Source of the DNA: an uncultured Verrucomicrobiota bacterium
GTDB lineage: Bacteria; Verrucomicrobiota; Verrucomicrobiia; Limisphaerales; UBA1100
Length of the DNA: 53,344 nt
NCBI GenBank assembly: GCA_964616045.1
Contig: CAZTTU010000005.1
Location: 1-53,344 of the forward strand
Direction of reading: 5' to 3'
The position numbers and the translations under genes are program-made. Each line of letters begins with the position of its first letter. Position 1 is the first letter of the stretch. The notes under the pieces are model-generated. The model did not search any database. It was not told the origin of the DNA and saw nothing but the letters and a program-made list of their open reading frames with translations. Positions 8,583 to 17,963 of the stretch are shown here, in pieces.

Positions 8583-10217
8583 TTATCCTTGATATTTTTG
8601 TGCCACGGGAATTCGGCGACCTACACCAAAGGCCTTGCTGGCAACCTTCAGGCCAGGGGCCGCCTGTCTGCGTTTGTATTCATTGAGATCAATGAGGCGC
8701 ACGATGTGGCAAACCGTTTCCTCATTGAAACCAGCCGCAATGATTTGATCAACTGATTCATTTCCCACCACATAACGATCCAGAATCGCATCAAGGATTT
8801 TATACGGCGGAAGCGAATCTTCATCCTTCTGATCCGGCCACAATTCGGCAGAAGGTGGTTTCTTGATCGTAGCTTCAGGAATCACCTCGCGCTCCCGATT
8901 GATCCAATCCGCAAGGTGGTACACCAGTGTCTTGGGCACATCACTGATCACTGCCAACCCACCGCACATATCACCATAAAGGGTGCAGTAGCCCACGGCC
9001 AATTCGCTTTTGTTGCCCGTGGTAAGCACAAGGGGCCCGAATTTATTTGAAAGTGCCATCAAAAGCAGGCCGCGCAAACGCGCCTGCATGTTTTCCTCGG
9101 CAACATCCTCTTCGCGGTTTTCAAAGAGTGGCGACAGGCTTTCCTTTAGCGTTTCAAAAATCGTCTTGATCGGCACCACGTCATATTGGATGCCCAGGTT
9201 ATTTGCCAGGGTCTTGGAGTCATCCAAACTGCCTTGGGAGGAATATTGTGAAGGCATCGAAACGCCCCAGACATTTACTGCACCCAGCGCGTCAACCGCA
9301 ATTGCTGCCGTCACGGCAGAATCAATGCCGCCACTAAGGCCTATGACCGCGCGCGTAAAACCGCATTTTCCAAGATAATCGCGCACACCCAGAACGAGGG
9401 CATCATGGAGCATGACCACCTCTTCAGTTGCTCCCATCTCCACAACGGGCCCGTCAAGATCGCTTACCAGAACCGCTTCGGAAAAATATGGTGCCTGCTG
9501 GGTGATTTGACTTTCCGCGTTAAACACCAGACTGCCGCCATCAAAAATCAACTCATCATTACCGCCGACAGCATTGCAATAAATCAGCGGACGCTTAACT
9601 TTCGCAACCGTGCCTTCCAGCATCTCCCTGCGCATGCGATTTTTCCCGAGGCTCCAGGGCGAAGCAGAAACGTTGATGAGAAGCTCCGCACCCTGCTTCA
9701 CCAGCGATTCAACCGGGTTGGCGCGATACCGGCGGTCATCCCAAAAATCCTCATCGTTCCAGACATCCTCACAAATCGTGAGGCCGAGTCGGTGACCGTT
9801 CAGTTCGACCGGCGCGTTTTCCGTGGCCGGTTCAAAATAACGATCCTCATCAAACACATCGTAGGTGGGCAATAAACTCTTCGTTCGCGTGGCAGTAACT
9901 TTCCCATTCTGGATCAGGGACACCGCGTTGGTTGCCACGCGCCCGGGCTGCCTTTCATTCCGCCCCACATGCCCCACCACCAAGGCCGCCTCGCCCACAT
10001 GTGCCGCCAATTCATCCAGCGCCGCCAGGTTGCCCTCAACGAAACCACTCTTTAGCAGCAGATCGCGTGGCGGATATCCGGTGATTGCCAGCTCGGGGGC
10101 CACGACAATTTCCGCCCCGGCGGCTGCAGCCTCCTCATAGCCTTCGCGCAGGCGCGCGACATTCCCGGCAAAATCGCCCACCGTGGTGTTTATTTGCGCC
10201 AAGGCAACTTTCATCAC
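8583..10217 (-). CDS. nadE: Glutamine-dependent NAD+ synthetase
   Basis: Nitrilase domain (PEL/K/ICED) plus synthetase motifs SGGIDSA, TTGNKSE and EYKRRQA. Confidence 0.95.
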   Translation of the reverse strand: MMKVALAQINTTVGDFAGNVARLREGYEEAAAAGAEIVVAPELAITGYPPRDLLLKSGFVEGNLAALDELAAHVGEAALVVGHVGRNERQPGRVATNAVSLIQNGKVTATRTKSLLPTYDVFDEDRYFEPATENAPVELNGHRLGLTICEDVWNDEDFWDDRRYRANPVESLVKQGAELLINVSASPWSLGKNRMRREMLEGTVAKVKRPLIYCNAVGGNDELIFDGGSLVFNAESQITQQAPYFSEAVLVSDLDGPVVEMGATEEVVMLHDALVLGVRDYLGKCGFTRAVIGLSGGIDSAVTAAIAVDALGAVNVWGVSMPSQYSSQGSLDDSKTLANNLGIQYDVVPIKTIFETLKESLSPLFENREEDVAEENMQARLRGLLLMALSNKFGPLVLTTGNKSELAVGYCTLYGDMCGGLAVISDVPKTLVYHLADWINREREVIPEATIKKPPSAELWPDQKDEDSLPPYKILDAILDRYVVGNESVDQIIAAGFNEETVCHIVRLIDLNEYKRRQAAPGLKVASKAFGVGRRIPVAQKYQG

Positions 10218-10221
10218 TTTT

Positions 10222-10752
10222 TCATCGTCGCGGAAAATACGTCTCCGGCAGCGTGCCTTTCCCCGTTGTGATCATCACGCCCGGCCCGATTCCATTTCGC
10301 TTGAACCACCCCTGCGGCGTCTCCAATGCGTACTTGATATTGTTACTCACAGAATCAACTGTATTCGTATCCTGCGGCTTCATGTCGTGGATTTCTACAA
10401 TCCTGCCCACCGGGTTGATGTAGGCGATGGACAAGGCTACAAAACAATTTTTCATCCAATAATTACGCTCACGCACATCCTGATGCACAAAAATCATACC
10501 TTCGTTGGGTCCCATTGATTTGCGAAACATCATCCCTGTCTGGATTTGGATCTCCGTTAACGCTTGCTCCACTTCTATTTCCACCGTGCCCACGTACATC
10601 TTGACAGCCGGCAATTTTGGTTGGGCTTGACTGGGTTCCACGAGAATTTCGGGAACCGCATTGGTCAGCATCGGCCAGGGCGGAGGCTTGGTAGAGGGCC
10701 CTTTTTCGCAAGCCGCAACCATCACCAGCAAAAATGCCGCCAAGAAGCGCAT
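10222..10752 (-). CDS. DUF192-domain lipoprotein
   Basis: Lipobox VAAC after MRFLAAFLL; GMMFR...GMIFV...YWMKN...LSIAYI...YALE pattern. Confidence 0.8.
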   Translation of the reverse strand: MRFLAAFLLVMVAACEKGPSTKPPPWPMLTNAVPEILVEPSQAQPKLPAVKMYVGTVEIEVEQALTEIQIQTGMMFRKSMGPNEGMIFVHQDVRERNYWMKNCFVALSIAYINPVGRIVEIHDMKPQDTNTVDSVSNNIKYALETPQGWFKRNGIGPGVMITTGKGTLPETYFPRR

Positions 10753-10856
10753 CCACGCAGCATGGGACACAAGCAACAAATTGGCAAGTCGACTCAAGAA
10801 AATCAGACCTCAGCCATCTCAAGAGAAAAATCTGATGGCCATAGTTTTTCCGATGA

Positions 10857-11441
10857 TCAAGCAATCCATTCAGCCGCCTTATCAAAATCGATGATAACAG
10901 GCATCCGATCGTGATAGGGTTGCACGGCGGCTTTGGGTGAGGTGGTTAGAATCGTAAAGGTCTCCACCCGAGGCACCGGAGTCTTGAAGCTTTCAGCAAA
11001 AACCCCAGTTTGGCGAGTGGGCGGACGTTGCCAGCGGTCCCAGAGGCCGGCAAAGCAGAAGAGGAACGGTCAGGAAAATGAAAATGGAACAATTGTTTTT
11101 TTCCGGAGCAGAGGTTCAGATGGTTCCATTCATAAAATCCATCGGCAGAAACGAGGCAGCGGCGCTGACGCCAGGCCTCGCGAAAAGCTGGCTTTTGAGC
11201 AGCAGTTTCGCTACGTGCATTAAAGAGCTTGTGACCAATCTTCTCATTATTTGCCCAGTGGGGGATGAGCCCCCCAACTCATAGGCTTAAGCTCGATTTG
11301 GCCGTTTTTGCACACAATCACCGAGGCAGTCTGGGTGGGGACAATGACCGGACACGAGGCAAACTCGTAGGTACAAAGGTCAATGGCCGGCCTCTCTACC
11401 AATTGCATGGGGTCAACGGTCTCAGAGTAGCGGCCCCACAT
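10857..11441 (-). pseudogene. SOS response-associated peptidase (SRAP/YedK/HMCES) pseudogene
   Basis: Frame-corrected translation MWGRY...PTQ...MSWG/LIPHWA...NARSETAAQKPAFREAWRQRRCLVSADGFYEW.../FCFAGLWDRW...FTILTT...HDRMPVI. There is a +1 shift in the G-run near 11270-11275 and a -1 shift near 11060; Cys2 is replaced by Trp. Confidence 0.85.
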
Positions 11442-11522
11442 GGTTAAAAATGCCGCATCACGGCGCATTCTCCAATCCATTTACGCCTTGCCCCGCCGGC
11501 TCTCACGCGAAAAGCTTTGCCC

Positions 11523-12308
11523 ATGGATCTGCAACTAAAGGGCAAGGCAGTGATCGTAACCGGTGGCGCGAAGGGGATCGGTGCCGCCGCTGTGGAATCC
11601 TTCGCCACTGAAGGAGCCAAGGTGGCCATTGCCGGCCGCAGCCCAACCGAGGGTATCTCACTGGCCAAGGAAGTAGGCGGCATTTTTATTGAGGCTGAAC
11701 TGGCCGAGGAAGCAGCCTGCCGCAGAGTGGTTGATGACACCCTCAACGCCTTTGGCCAAATTGATGTGCTGGTGAATAACGCCGGCTTCAATGATGGGCG
11801 CGATCTGGACACCTCACCTGCTGAGTTTATCGAATCAGTACAACTGAACCTCTCGCACGTCTACACTCTGGCGCACCTTTGCCGCGGAGAATTGTCAAAA
11901 AACAAGGGTGCCATCATCAACGTAAGTTCCAAAGTGGCCGTAACAGGACAGGGAAGCACTTCAGGCTACGCTGCGGCCAAGGGGGCTATGAACGCCCTCA
12001 CCCGTGAATGGGCCATTGCTTTGGCTCCGGATAATGTGCGCGTTAACTGCGTGATCCCGGCCGAATGCATCACCCCACAGTATCAGCGGTGGTTTGATTC
12101 ATTGAACGATCCCGATGGCACGCGCGCAGCGATTGAGCAACTGGTGCCATTGGGCCAGCGCATGACCACGCCCAAGGAGTTGGCCGACATGATCGTGTTT
12201 CTCGCCTCACCCTGCAGCAGTCATACCACCGGCCAGATGATCTTTGTGGATGGCGGCTACACGCACCTTGACCGCGCTGTGACCGCAGACCACTCGAAGT
12301 GGGGATAG
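11523..12308 (+). CDS. SDR oxidoreductase, L-fucose dehydrogenase-like subgroup
   Basis: TGGAKGIG, NNAG, YAAAKG, SSKVAVTGQG...LTREWA and the C-terminal VDGGYTHLDRA typical of SDR L-fucose dehydrogenases. Confidence 0.8.
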   Translation: MDLQLKGKAVIVTGGAKGIGAAAVESFATEGAKVAIAGRSPTEGISLAKEVGGIFIEAELAEEAACRRVVDDTLNAFGQIDVLVNNAGFNDGRDLDTSPAEFIESVQLNLSHVYTLAHLCRGELSKNKGAIINVSSKVAVTGQGSTSGYAAAKGAMNALTREWAIALAPDNVRVNCVIPAECITPQYQRWFDSLNDPDGTRAAIEQLVPLGQRMTTPKELADMIVFLASPCSSHTTGQMIFVDGGYTHLDRAVTADHSKWG

Positions 12309-12324
12309 GCTCTGTTGCCGGGCC

Positions 12325-13941
12325 CTATTCTTTCTCATTGGCGCCACCAAGCGTGACGCTGATCTTATATTTGTTCTGCAGATGCGCGTGGGCCCGACTG
12401 GCCTGACTGGCCTTGGGATACAGCTTACAGGTTTTCTGGAACCACTTGATTGCGTTTTCGCGCTGTCCGTATTGCTCGTAGGTGTAGCCAATGCTAATAG
12501 TGGCCTCGACAGCCGAGCCCTTGTCGACCCGGGCCTGATGGTACAACACCAACGCTTCCTTGTATTGATTGAGGCGCCGGTGACAGGAAGCCATCCGGAA
12601 ATACAAGCTGGGATATTTATCCGACTGCCGATAGCTCTGAATGGCTTCCTTCAATTTTCCGGTGGCTTCGTAGCATTCGGCGATACCCCAATACCAGTCA
12701 CCGAACCGGCCAGGCACAACCTTGAGCAGTGCCTGGTAGGCGGCGATGGCTTGATCCCATTTCTTGGCCTCACGCCAGGTGGTCACAATGTGTTCATGCC
12801 ATTCGCCTGCACGTTCTTTCTCCATTCCAATCAATCGGCTGTACACCGCCACGGCCTGGTCGTGCTTACCCTCATAACGCCGGTAAGTCCAAGCAATGTT
12901 CACCTGACCAGCCACCTTGTCCGCGAACTGCCCGTAAATGTTGCGCGCCTCGGCATATCGTTTTCGGCCGCGATGCCAACCGGCCTGTTTGCCGCGCAGG
13001 TCGTCATCCACTCCGATCAATTTGCCCAGCCGCGCGTACAATTCCAACCCCTCCGCATCCCGTCGCGCGTGGCTATGCACTCCAGCCATGATATAATAAA
13101 ACTCTCTCGCGCGAACGATGTTGGCATCATCCTTCAAGTCCTGCGGGATTTGCTGCTCAATAAACATAATCAATTCGTCGGCCAGTTTTTCCCCGACTTT
13201 CTTCCCCTCCTCTTTTCCAGTCAGCTGACTAATAGGACTTTGCGCATGCTGATAGAGTCGGCGCACCAGACTGGTGCCCTTGTATGTTGTCTCAAACGCC
13301 TTCAACCCATCTTGGAAATTGCCGGCATAAAAGTGGTGTTGCCCGAGGTAGCTTGCGGCGTGTGTGGTGTAGTAGCTACTCTCCTTGGTTCGCTTGGTTT
13401 TGAAGGCGAGGTCCTCCCAGACCTTAATCCGCTTATCTTCAGCCTTTTGTATCCGGTAAATTTCAGCAAGATCCCACTTGGCCAAGACGGCAGTATAATG
13501 ATCTGGGTGAGAAGCAATCGCACGCGCATAAGTTTTCTCAGCATTGGGTAATTCTCCCGTCGACTTATAACTCCTGCCTATAAGATAGGCTGCAAGAATA
13601 GCCTCATGTGAATCAGGCCAGTAATCAACCACAGACTGGAAGCCATCGCGAATGGCGGCATACACCTTGCGTTGCTTCACAAGGCAATGGCTCCACATGA
13701 GTTGCGCATAAGGCGCTGCTGCGCTGCGTTCATAAAGGGTCAGGAACTTTTCGTACTCCGAAGCCGCCACCTTGTATTCGCCCTTAAGATAGAACTTCTC
13801 CGCAATTTTCAACTGATATCGTTCCGTCTCGCGCATCTTGGCGAAGATATCCACGGGGATTTGTTCGAGATACGAAAGGGTCGCCGCAGAGGTTGGCAAG
13901 AGGCTCCAGCAAACGAGCATGCCAGTGAGGAATTGTTTCAT
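12325..13941 (-). CDS. Secreted tetratricopeptide-repeat protein
   Basis: Signal peptide MKQFLTGMLVCWSLLPTSAA; repeated TPR helices; ATGA overlap with the upstream gene. Confidence 0.85.
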   Translation of the reverse strand: MKQFLTGMLVCWSLLPTSAATLSYLEQIPVDIFAKMRETERYQLKIAEKFYLKGEYKVAASEYEKFLTLYERSAAAPYAQLMWSHCLVKQRKVYAAIRDGFQSVVDYWPDSHEAILAAYLIGRSYKSTGELPNAEKTYARAIASHPDHYTAVLAKWDLAEIYRIQKAEDKRIKVWEDLAFKTKRTKESSYYTTHAASYLGQHHFYAGNFQDGLKAFETTYKGTSLVRRLYQHAQSPISQLTGKEEGKKVGEKLADELIMFIEQQIPQDLKDDANIVRAREFYYIMAGVHSHARRDAEGLELYARLGKLIGVDDDLRGKQAGWHRGRKRYAEARNIYGQFADKVAGQVNIAWTYRRYEGKHDQAVAVYSRLIGMEKERAGEWHEHIVTTWREAKKWDQAIAAYQALLKVVPGRFGDWYWGIAECYEATGKLKEAIQSYRQSDKYPSLYFRMASCHRRLNQYKEALVLYHQARVDKGSAVEATISIGYTYEQYGQRENAIKWFQKTCKLYPKASQASRAHAHLQNKYKISVTLGGANEKE

Positions 13942-15548
13942 TTGTCGTCCTTTTTCTTTCGGGCCTGAAGCCACTTGCTGTACTCAGCGTGGGAGTAGAT
14001 TATCACGTTTCCACCGAGCCGATAGCAAGCCTCATAAACACCGGTGGGCACCCCGGCATGACCGTCCGCCCAAGCATCCCCGATATCGCCGGGATGATAA
14101 TACGCCACCAGCCGGCTTTCCACCACCCATCCGTAGGCAGTCCTGCCTCCATGCGGCGCCACAATCGGAAGAAACGGCATGCCGCGATGGACGGGATGAT
14201 CCAGTGGCACCTTGATCGGCTCCACATCCGGCAAGACCTGGCGCATGGTATTAAAAAACTGACTGTGCCAACCAGGGCTGCCACCATTGTCGGCAAAGAG
14301 CATGCCGTGCTTATCGGTGAGATACTCCCGCAACACCTCGATTTCGCTTCGTGAAAATGAGATATTTCTCTGGCCAGTCATGTAAACCATTGGCGGGCTC
14401 TTGCCGATGGGGAACTTGGCAAGTTGCCCCAGGGTGCGCACCTCCGGCTTGGCAGCAATCTCGTGACCGGTATTGGCAGCATACCAAACAAGCATGTTTA
14501 GATCAGAGTTAAGGCCAAGATCCTGATCCCAATCTCCACCAGCATACCGAAGGCGAATAAAGCGAACTTTTCCTCGGCGTGTGCCTCCAGCAAAACCCGC
14601 GCCCTTTCCTTCTCCTTGCCCTACCTGATAAACATGCTTGGTTATCTCCAGAAGCTCCAACTTGATCTGCTCGATGGGAGGGGGATTGAATAGAATGGCG
14701 CTGTAAGGATTGATCACATATTTTTTGCGAATCACCTTCTTGATCTTCACCACCTTCTGCTTGAGTTGCTCCTCGCCGCCTCCAGCAGGCAATTCATAAA
14801 TCTCCCCGCAACCGGAGAATGAAAACAACATCCACAGCACCAAAAACCACCCAGTGTAAAATGTAACGGCACAGAAAGACTGTTTCAGCTTTTGCCGGCG
14901 GCGGCCATAATACCACGCGCCCTGATCCACCGGGTTCCACAACCCGCCTTGGCAGGTACTCGTACAGGATGATATTACCGCCAACAAATAGCCCAACATC
15001 ACCACTCCTATGAGCCCCCCTAAAATCAGAAAGTACACCTTGCTCAGCGTGGGCAGAAAGCCATGCAGCAGCCAAAATAGCAATCCCAGCAGGCCCAGGA
15101 AACCGACAACAACCACAGGCACCCAAGCAAATCGCGCGAGCTCACTGGGCTCACCCGCAGAACTATTCATGGCCTCAAGTGGGCCTATCTTCTTTAACTG
15201 CCCCCCTGTGACAGTTTTGCGCAGTAATTGGAACTGACGGGATTTCCTCTCAACAAACCAAATCACCCAGAGCAATCCTCCAACAAACAATACAAACAAT
15301 AACGCCCGCCCGACCATGGCGAAGATCCTGTGCCATTCAATCCAGCCAAAGTGATGCGCAATATATACCAGCCAAGTCCACAATGGAATTACGCCTATAG
15401 ACAGCACCAGCCACTGGACCCATTGCGACCAGCCACGATTCCGTGTCCACAGGAGCAGGACCGCAGCCACCACTGCGGAGGTGGCCACGCAGCCAATACT
15501 GATAATGAGCCACCAAAAAAAGGAGATTTCCTTTAATTCCACGATCAA
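13938..15548 (-). CDS. Membrane protein with C-terminal DUF4159 domain
   Basis: About 6 N-terminal TM helices, then RLRYAGGDWD...PMVYMTG...LREYL...GMLFADNGG...PLDHPVH...GDAW...LGGNVIIY. Confidence 0.78.
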   Translation of the reverse strand: MIVELKEISFFWWLIISIGCVATSAVVAAVLLLWTRNRGWSQWVQWLVLSIGVIPLWTWLVYIAHHFGWIEWHRIFAMVGRALLFVLFVGGLLWVIWFVERKSRQFQLLRKTVTGGQLKKIGPLEAMNSSAGEPSELARFAWVPVVVVGFLGLLGLLFWLLHGFLPTLSKVYFLILGGLIGVVMLGYLLAVISSCTSTCQGGLWNPVDQGAWYYGRRRQKLKQSFCAVTFYTGWFLVLWMLFSFSGCGEIYELPAGGGEEQLKQKVVKIKKVIRKKYVINPYSAILFNPPPIEQIKLELLEITKHVYQVGQGEGKGAGFAGGTRRGKVRFIRLRYAGGDWDQDLGLNSDLNMLVWYAANTGHEIAAKPEVRTLGQLAKFPIGKSPPMVYMTGQRNISFSRSEIEVLREYLTDKHGMLFADNGGSPGWHSQFFNTMRQVLPDVEPIKVPLDHPVHRGMPFLPIVAPHGGRTAYGWVVESRLVAYYHPGDIGDAWADGHAGVPTGVYEACYRLGGNVIIYSHAEYSKWLQARKKKDDK

Positions 15549-15556
15549 TCGATTTT

Positions 15557-16213
15557 CTATTTGCCTAATGGATCAACCAGTAGATCGCCCTTATTCTCAA
15601 ATGGATTCACTTCCTTGGGCTTGCCGGTTTTCTCCTGGCCCACGCCAAGCACATCTGCGGGTTTATTCTCTTTCGGCTTGCTGACAGGGGTGATCAGTTC
15701 AATATTGGCCTTCCCTTTGGATGCCTTCTCCTTTTCACGCGCCTCTTCAATACGGGAAACCGCTTCACTTTTACTTTTGCGCCAAACATTCACTCCATAG
15801 GGCACAACGGTAAGAACCACGAGCAGGATAATAATAGCAACTGTGGAAATTATCGTGCTCAGCACCAAGGTGCTTTGGGCAATGGCACCGAGCATTTCGC
15901 GTGGACTTTTGCCGCGCATCTCGCGCATGAATTCCCGCAACTCACTGACGGTGACCGAAGAGTTGCGTTTGAGGTTCTTGAAATCCCGCGAAATGCTCGC
16001 CATAGGCTGCACCCCGCCACCACTTGCGACTGGCGAACCAGCACTGGACCCCACCGAAAGCCGCAGGACTTCAGCCACCGTACCCCACTCAGTGTCACCT
16101 TCCAGAAGAGCAGGATCATCTGGCTTAAGACTGTCGGCGTTGACCAACCCCTTTACCTCATCAACCGTCAGGGGGCCGCGCTTTTCTCCATCGTCTACCA
16201 CGTAGATGTTCAT
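15557..16213 (-). CDS. GYF_2-domain single-pass membrane protein
   Basis: IYVVDDGEKRGPLT...DDPALLEGDTEWGTV (GYF_2-like); one TM; short Lys/Pro-rich tail. Confidence 0.75.
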   Translation of the reverse strand: MNIYVVDDGEKRGPLTVDEVKGLVNADSLKPDDPALLEGDTEWGTVAEVLRLSVGSSAGSPVASGGGVQPMASISRDFKNLKRNSSVTVSELREFMREMRGKSPREMLGAIAQSTLVLSTIISTVAIIILLVVLTVVPYGVNVWRKSKSEAVSRIEEAREKEKASKGKANIELITPVSKPKENKPADVLGVGQEKTGKPKEVNPFENKGDLLVDPLGK

Positions 16214-16225
16214 TATTCTTCCCAA

Positions 16226-16639
16226 TCAGGGCGCTGCAATTTTCTCTTCCTCCAATATATGATGCAGCTCACCGCCAGCTTCACTAATTGCCTCAATGAC
16301 CGGCTCAAAATATACCGCCGTTACCTCATGGTGCACCTTTACCATTACCGTTCGTTTCCCGGAAGGGTTTTCTCCCAGCAACACCTTTAACTCCTCTGCC
16401 AGTGCGTTCACGGAAGTTTTTCGACCGTTCAGGTGAGTTACATTATGTTTATCAATCACCACGCTGGCATTCATCGTGTCGGGACGCACCAATTCCTGCC
16501 CAGGTGCCGGCTTCCATTGAAGATGACTGTCATCCCGCGCGCGGGCAAGGATCACGAAAAAAATTAACAGCAAAAATGCAATATCCCCCATCGCCATGGC
16601 GGGTATCGTTGCATCCATCTGCCTGCGTTTAACGATCAT
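16226..16639 (-). CDS. exbD: ExbD/TolR-family motor subunit (second copy)
   Basis: MAMGDIAFLLLIFFVI TM with the conserved Asp; periplasmic domain ending VIEAISEAGG. Confidence 0.88.
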   Translation of the reverse strand: MIVKRRQMDATIPAMAMGDIAFLLLIFFVILARARDDSHLQWKPAPGQELVRPDTMNASVVIDKHNVTHLNGRKTSVNALAEELKVLLGENPSGKRTVMVKVHHEVTAVYFEPVIEAISEAGGELHHILEEEKIAAP

Positions 16640-17058
16640 TTTACCTGAACGGTTTGTTCCTCCTCCAATTGCAGCGTAATCACGCCACCAGCACCCTCAA
16701 TAAGTCCTGTCACGTGAATCCAGTGGCTGTAGGGTACTTCTTTGCGGCTCTTAACCGTCACGATTTTATCCTCCTCACGGGTTTTATCTGCAAGCTTAAT
16801 GGCAATGGTCTTTTCAAAACGATCCGGTGTAAGCGGATTTCCATTTAAGATCACCGCATTACGCGTAAGTTCCACCTCAATGTTCTGGCTTTGCTTTTTT
16901 TTCTCCTTTTCAGGCTCACTCCGCGGCAGTGTCTGCGCCCTGCCCTTGTCCGGCTCCACGGAGGCGCAGACAAGAAAAAACACGATCAGTATAAACGCGA
17001 TATCGCTCGTGGCGCTGGCTGGCGGTTCCAGCAATAAACTGGTACGGCGCAGTTTCAT
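16636..17058 (-). CDS. exbD: ExbD/TolR-family motor subunit (first copy)
   Basis: ATSDIAFILIVFFLV TM with the conserved Asp; VPYSHWIHVTGLIEGAGG. Confidence 0.88.
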   Translation of the reverse strand: MKLRRTSLLLEPPASATSDIAFILIVFFLVCASVEPDKGRAQTLPRSEPEKEKKKQSQNIEVELTRNAVILNGNPLTPDRFEKTIAIKLADKTREEDKIVTVKSRKEVPYSHWIHVTGLIEGAGGVITLQLEEEQTVQVK

Positions 17059-17912
17059 GAATCCGATCGTTCCTCGGCTTTTTTCAGGGTGAGTTGCAGC
17101 GTCACCGCTTCCATCAACTCCGCAGCGGTTTCCTCTACATCAAGAACGAAGTTATTGATCACACTCGAGAAATAATTAAACGCCATGAAAGCCGGGATGC
17201 CTACCATCAACCCAAAACACGTGGTCAGCAGTGCAATAGAAATGCCCGATGCAGCTGCCTGAATGATGTTACCACCTCCGGACTCATCCATCTCAACGAT
17301 GTTATCGAAGGCAACAATCATGCCCTGTACAGTGCCCAGGAACCCAAGCATTGGCGCCACACTAGACACAATGGCGAGCACAGGAAGGTGCCGCTCCAAA
17401 GCTGCTACAATATGCACCCCATAACTTTCCATGCTTTTAACTACCTGCTCCTCCAGCCTTGCTGGGTCGTAGTTGAGCCGATTCAACACCATGTACTTCC
17501 TTAAACCGTTGGCAAGAACTGCCGCCACTGGCCCACGCTCCCCATCGCAACGTTCCAATGCCTCCTCCACTCGTTCATTGGTCAAGTCATCAAGCACAGC
17601 TTGGCGCAGGGCTTCGGTATTAGTGTCCAACATTTTCAGGCTACGCCATCGTTCAATAATTACCGCCAATGCCATGATGGCCATGATGAGGATAGGCCAC
17701 ATAAAAAAGCCGCCCTCCAGTAGCAGGCCAATGGCACCAGAATCGAATAAATCCGAAATCCATGACGGTTCAGCAACTGCTTCAACACCCGAGTCAGTTC
17801 CCGCTTCTGGTGTGGGCGCAGATTCTACGGATGCTGCGTTAGTTCCGCCGACATTCGTGGCGGAGGAATTCTTGTCCACTTCGTTGGTGACCTGGGCAAA
17901 TTGGACTAACAT
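17055..17912 (-). CDS. exbB: MotA/TolQ/ExbB proton-channel protein
   Basis: GGFFMWPIL...ERW, APMLGFLGTVQGMI and GISIALLTTCFGLMVGIPA. Confidence 0.92.
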   Translation of the reverse strand: MLVQFAQVTNEVDKNSSATNVGGTNAASVESAPTPEAGTDSGVEAVAEPSWISDLFDSGAIGLLLEGGFFMWPILIMAIMALAVIIERWRSLKMLDTNTEALRQAVLDDLTNERVEEALERCDGERGPVAAVLANGLRKYMVLNRLNYDPARLEEQVVKSMESYGVHIVAALERHLPVLAIVSSVAPMLGFLGTVQGMIVAFDNIVEMDESGGGNIIQAAASGISIALLTTCFGLMVGIPAFMAFNYFSSVINNFVLDVEETAAELMEAVTLQLTLKKAEERSDS

Positions 17913-17963
17913 GGGTCTGGGGTGAACAATTTGCTCAATTGCAAAGGAGCTTGGCCGCTCGGG

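Noticed and set aside
10933-11480. Short ORFs on both strands
   Set aside because: Explained by the frameshifted SRAP pseudogene.
16226-17912. Calling the locus a standard TonB-dependent uptake or Tol-Pal system
   Set aside because: No TonB/TolA, TolB, Pal or beta-barrel receptor is recognisable in the window, though they could lie elsewhere in the genome.
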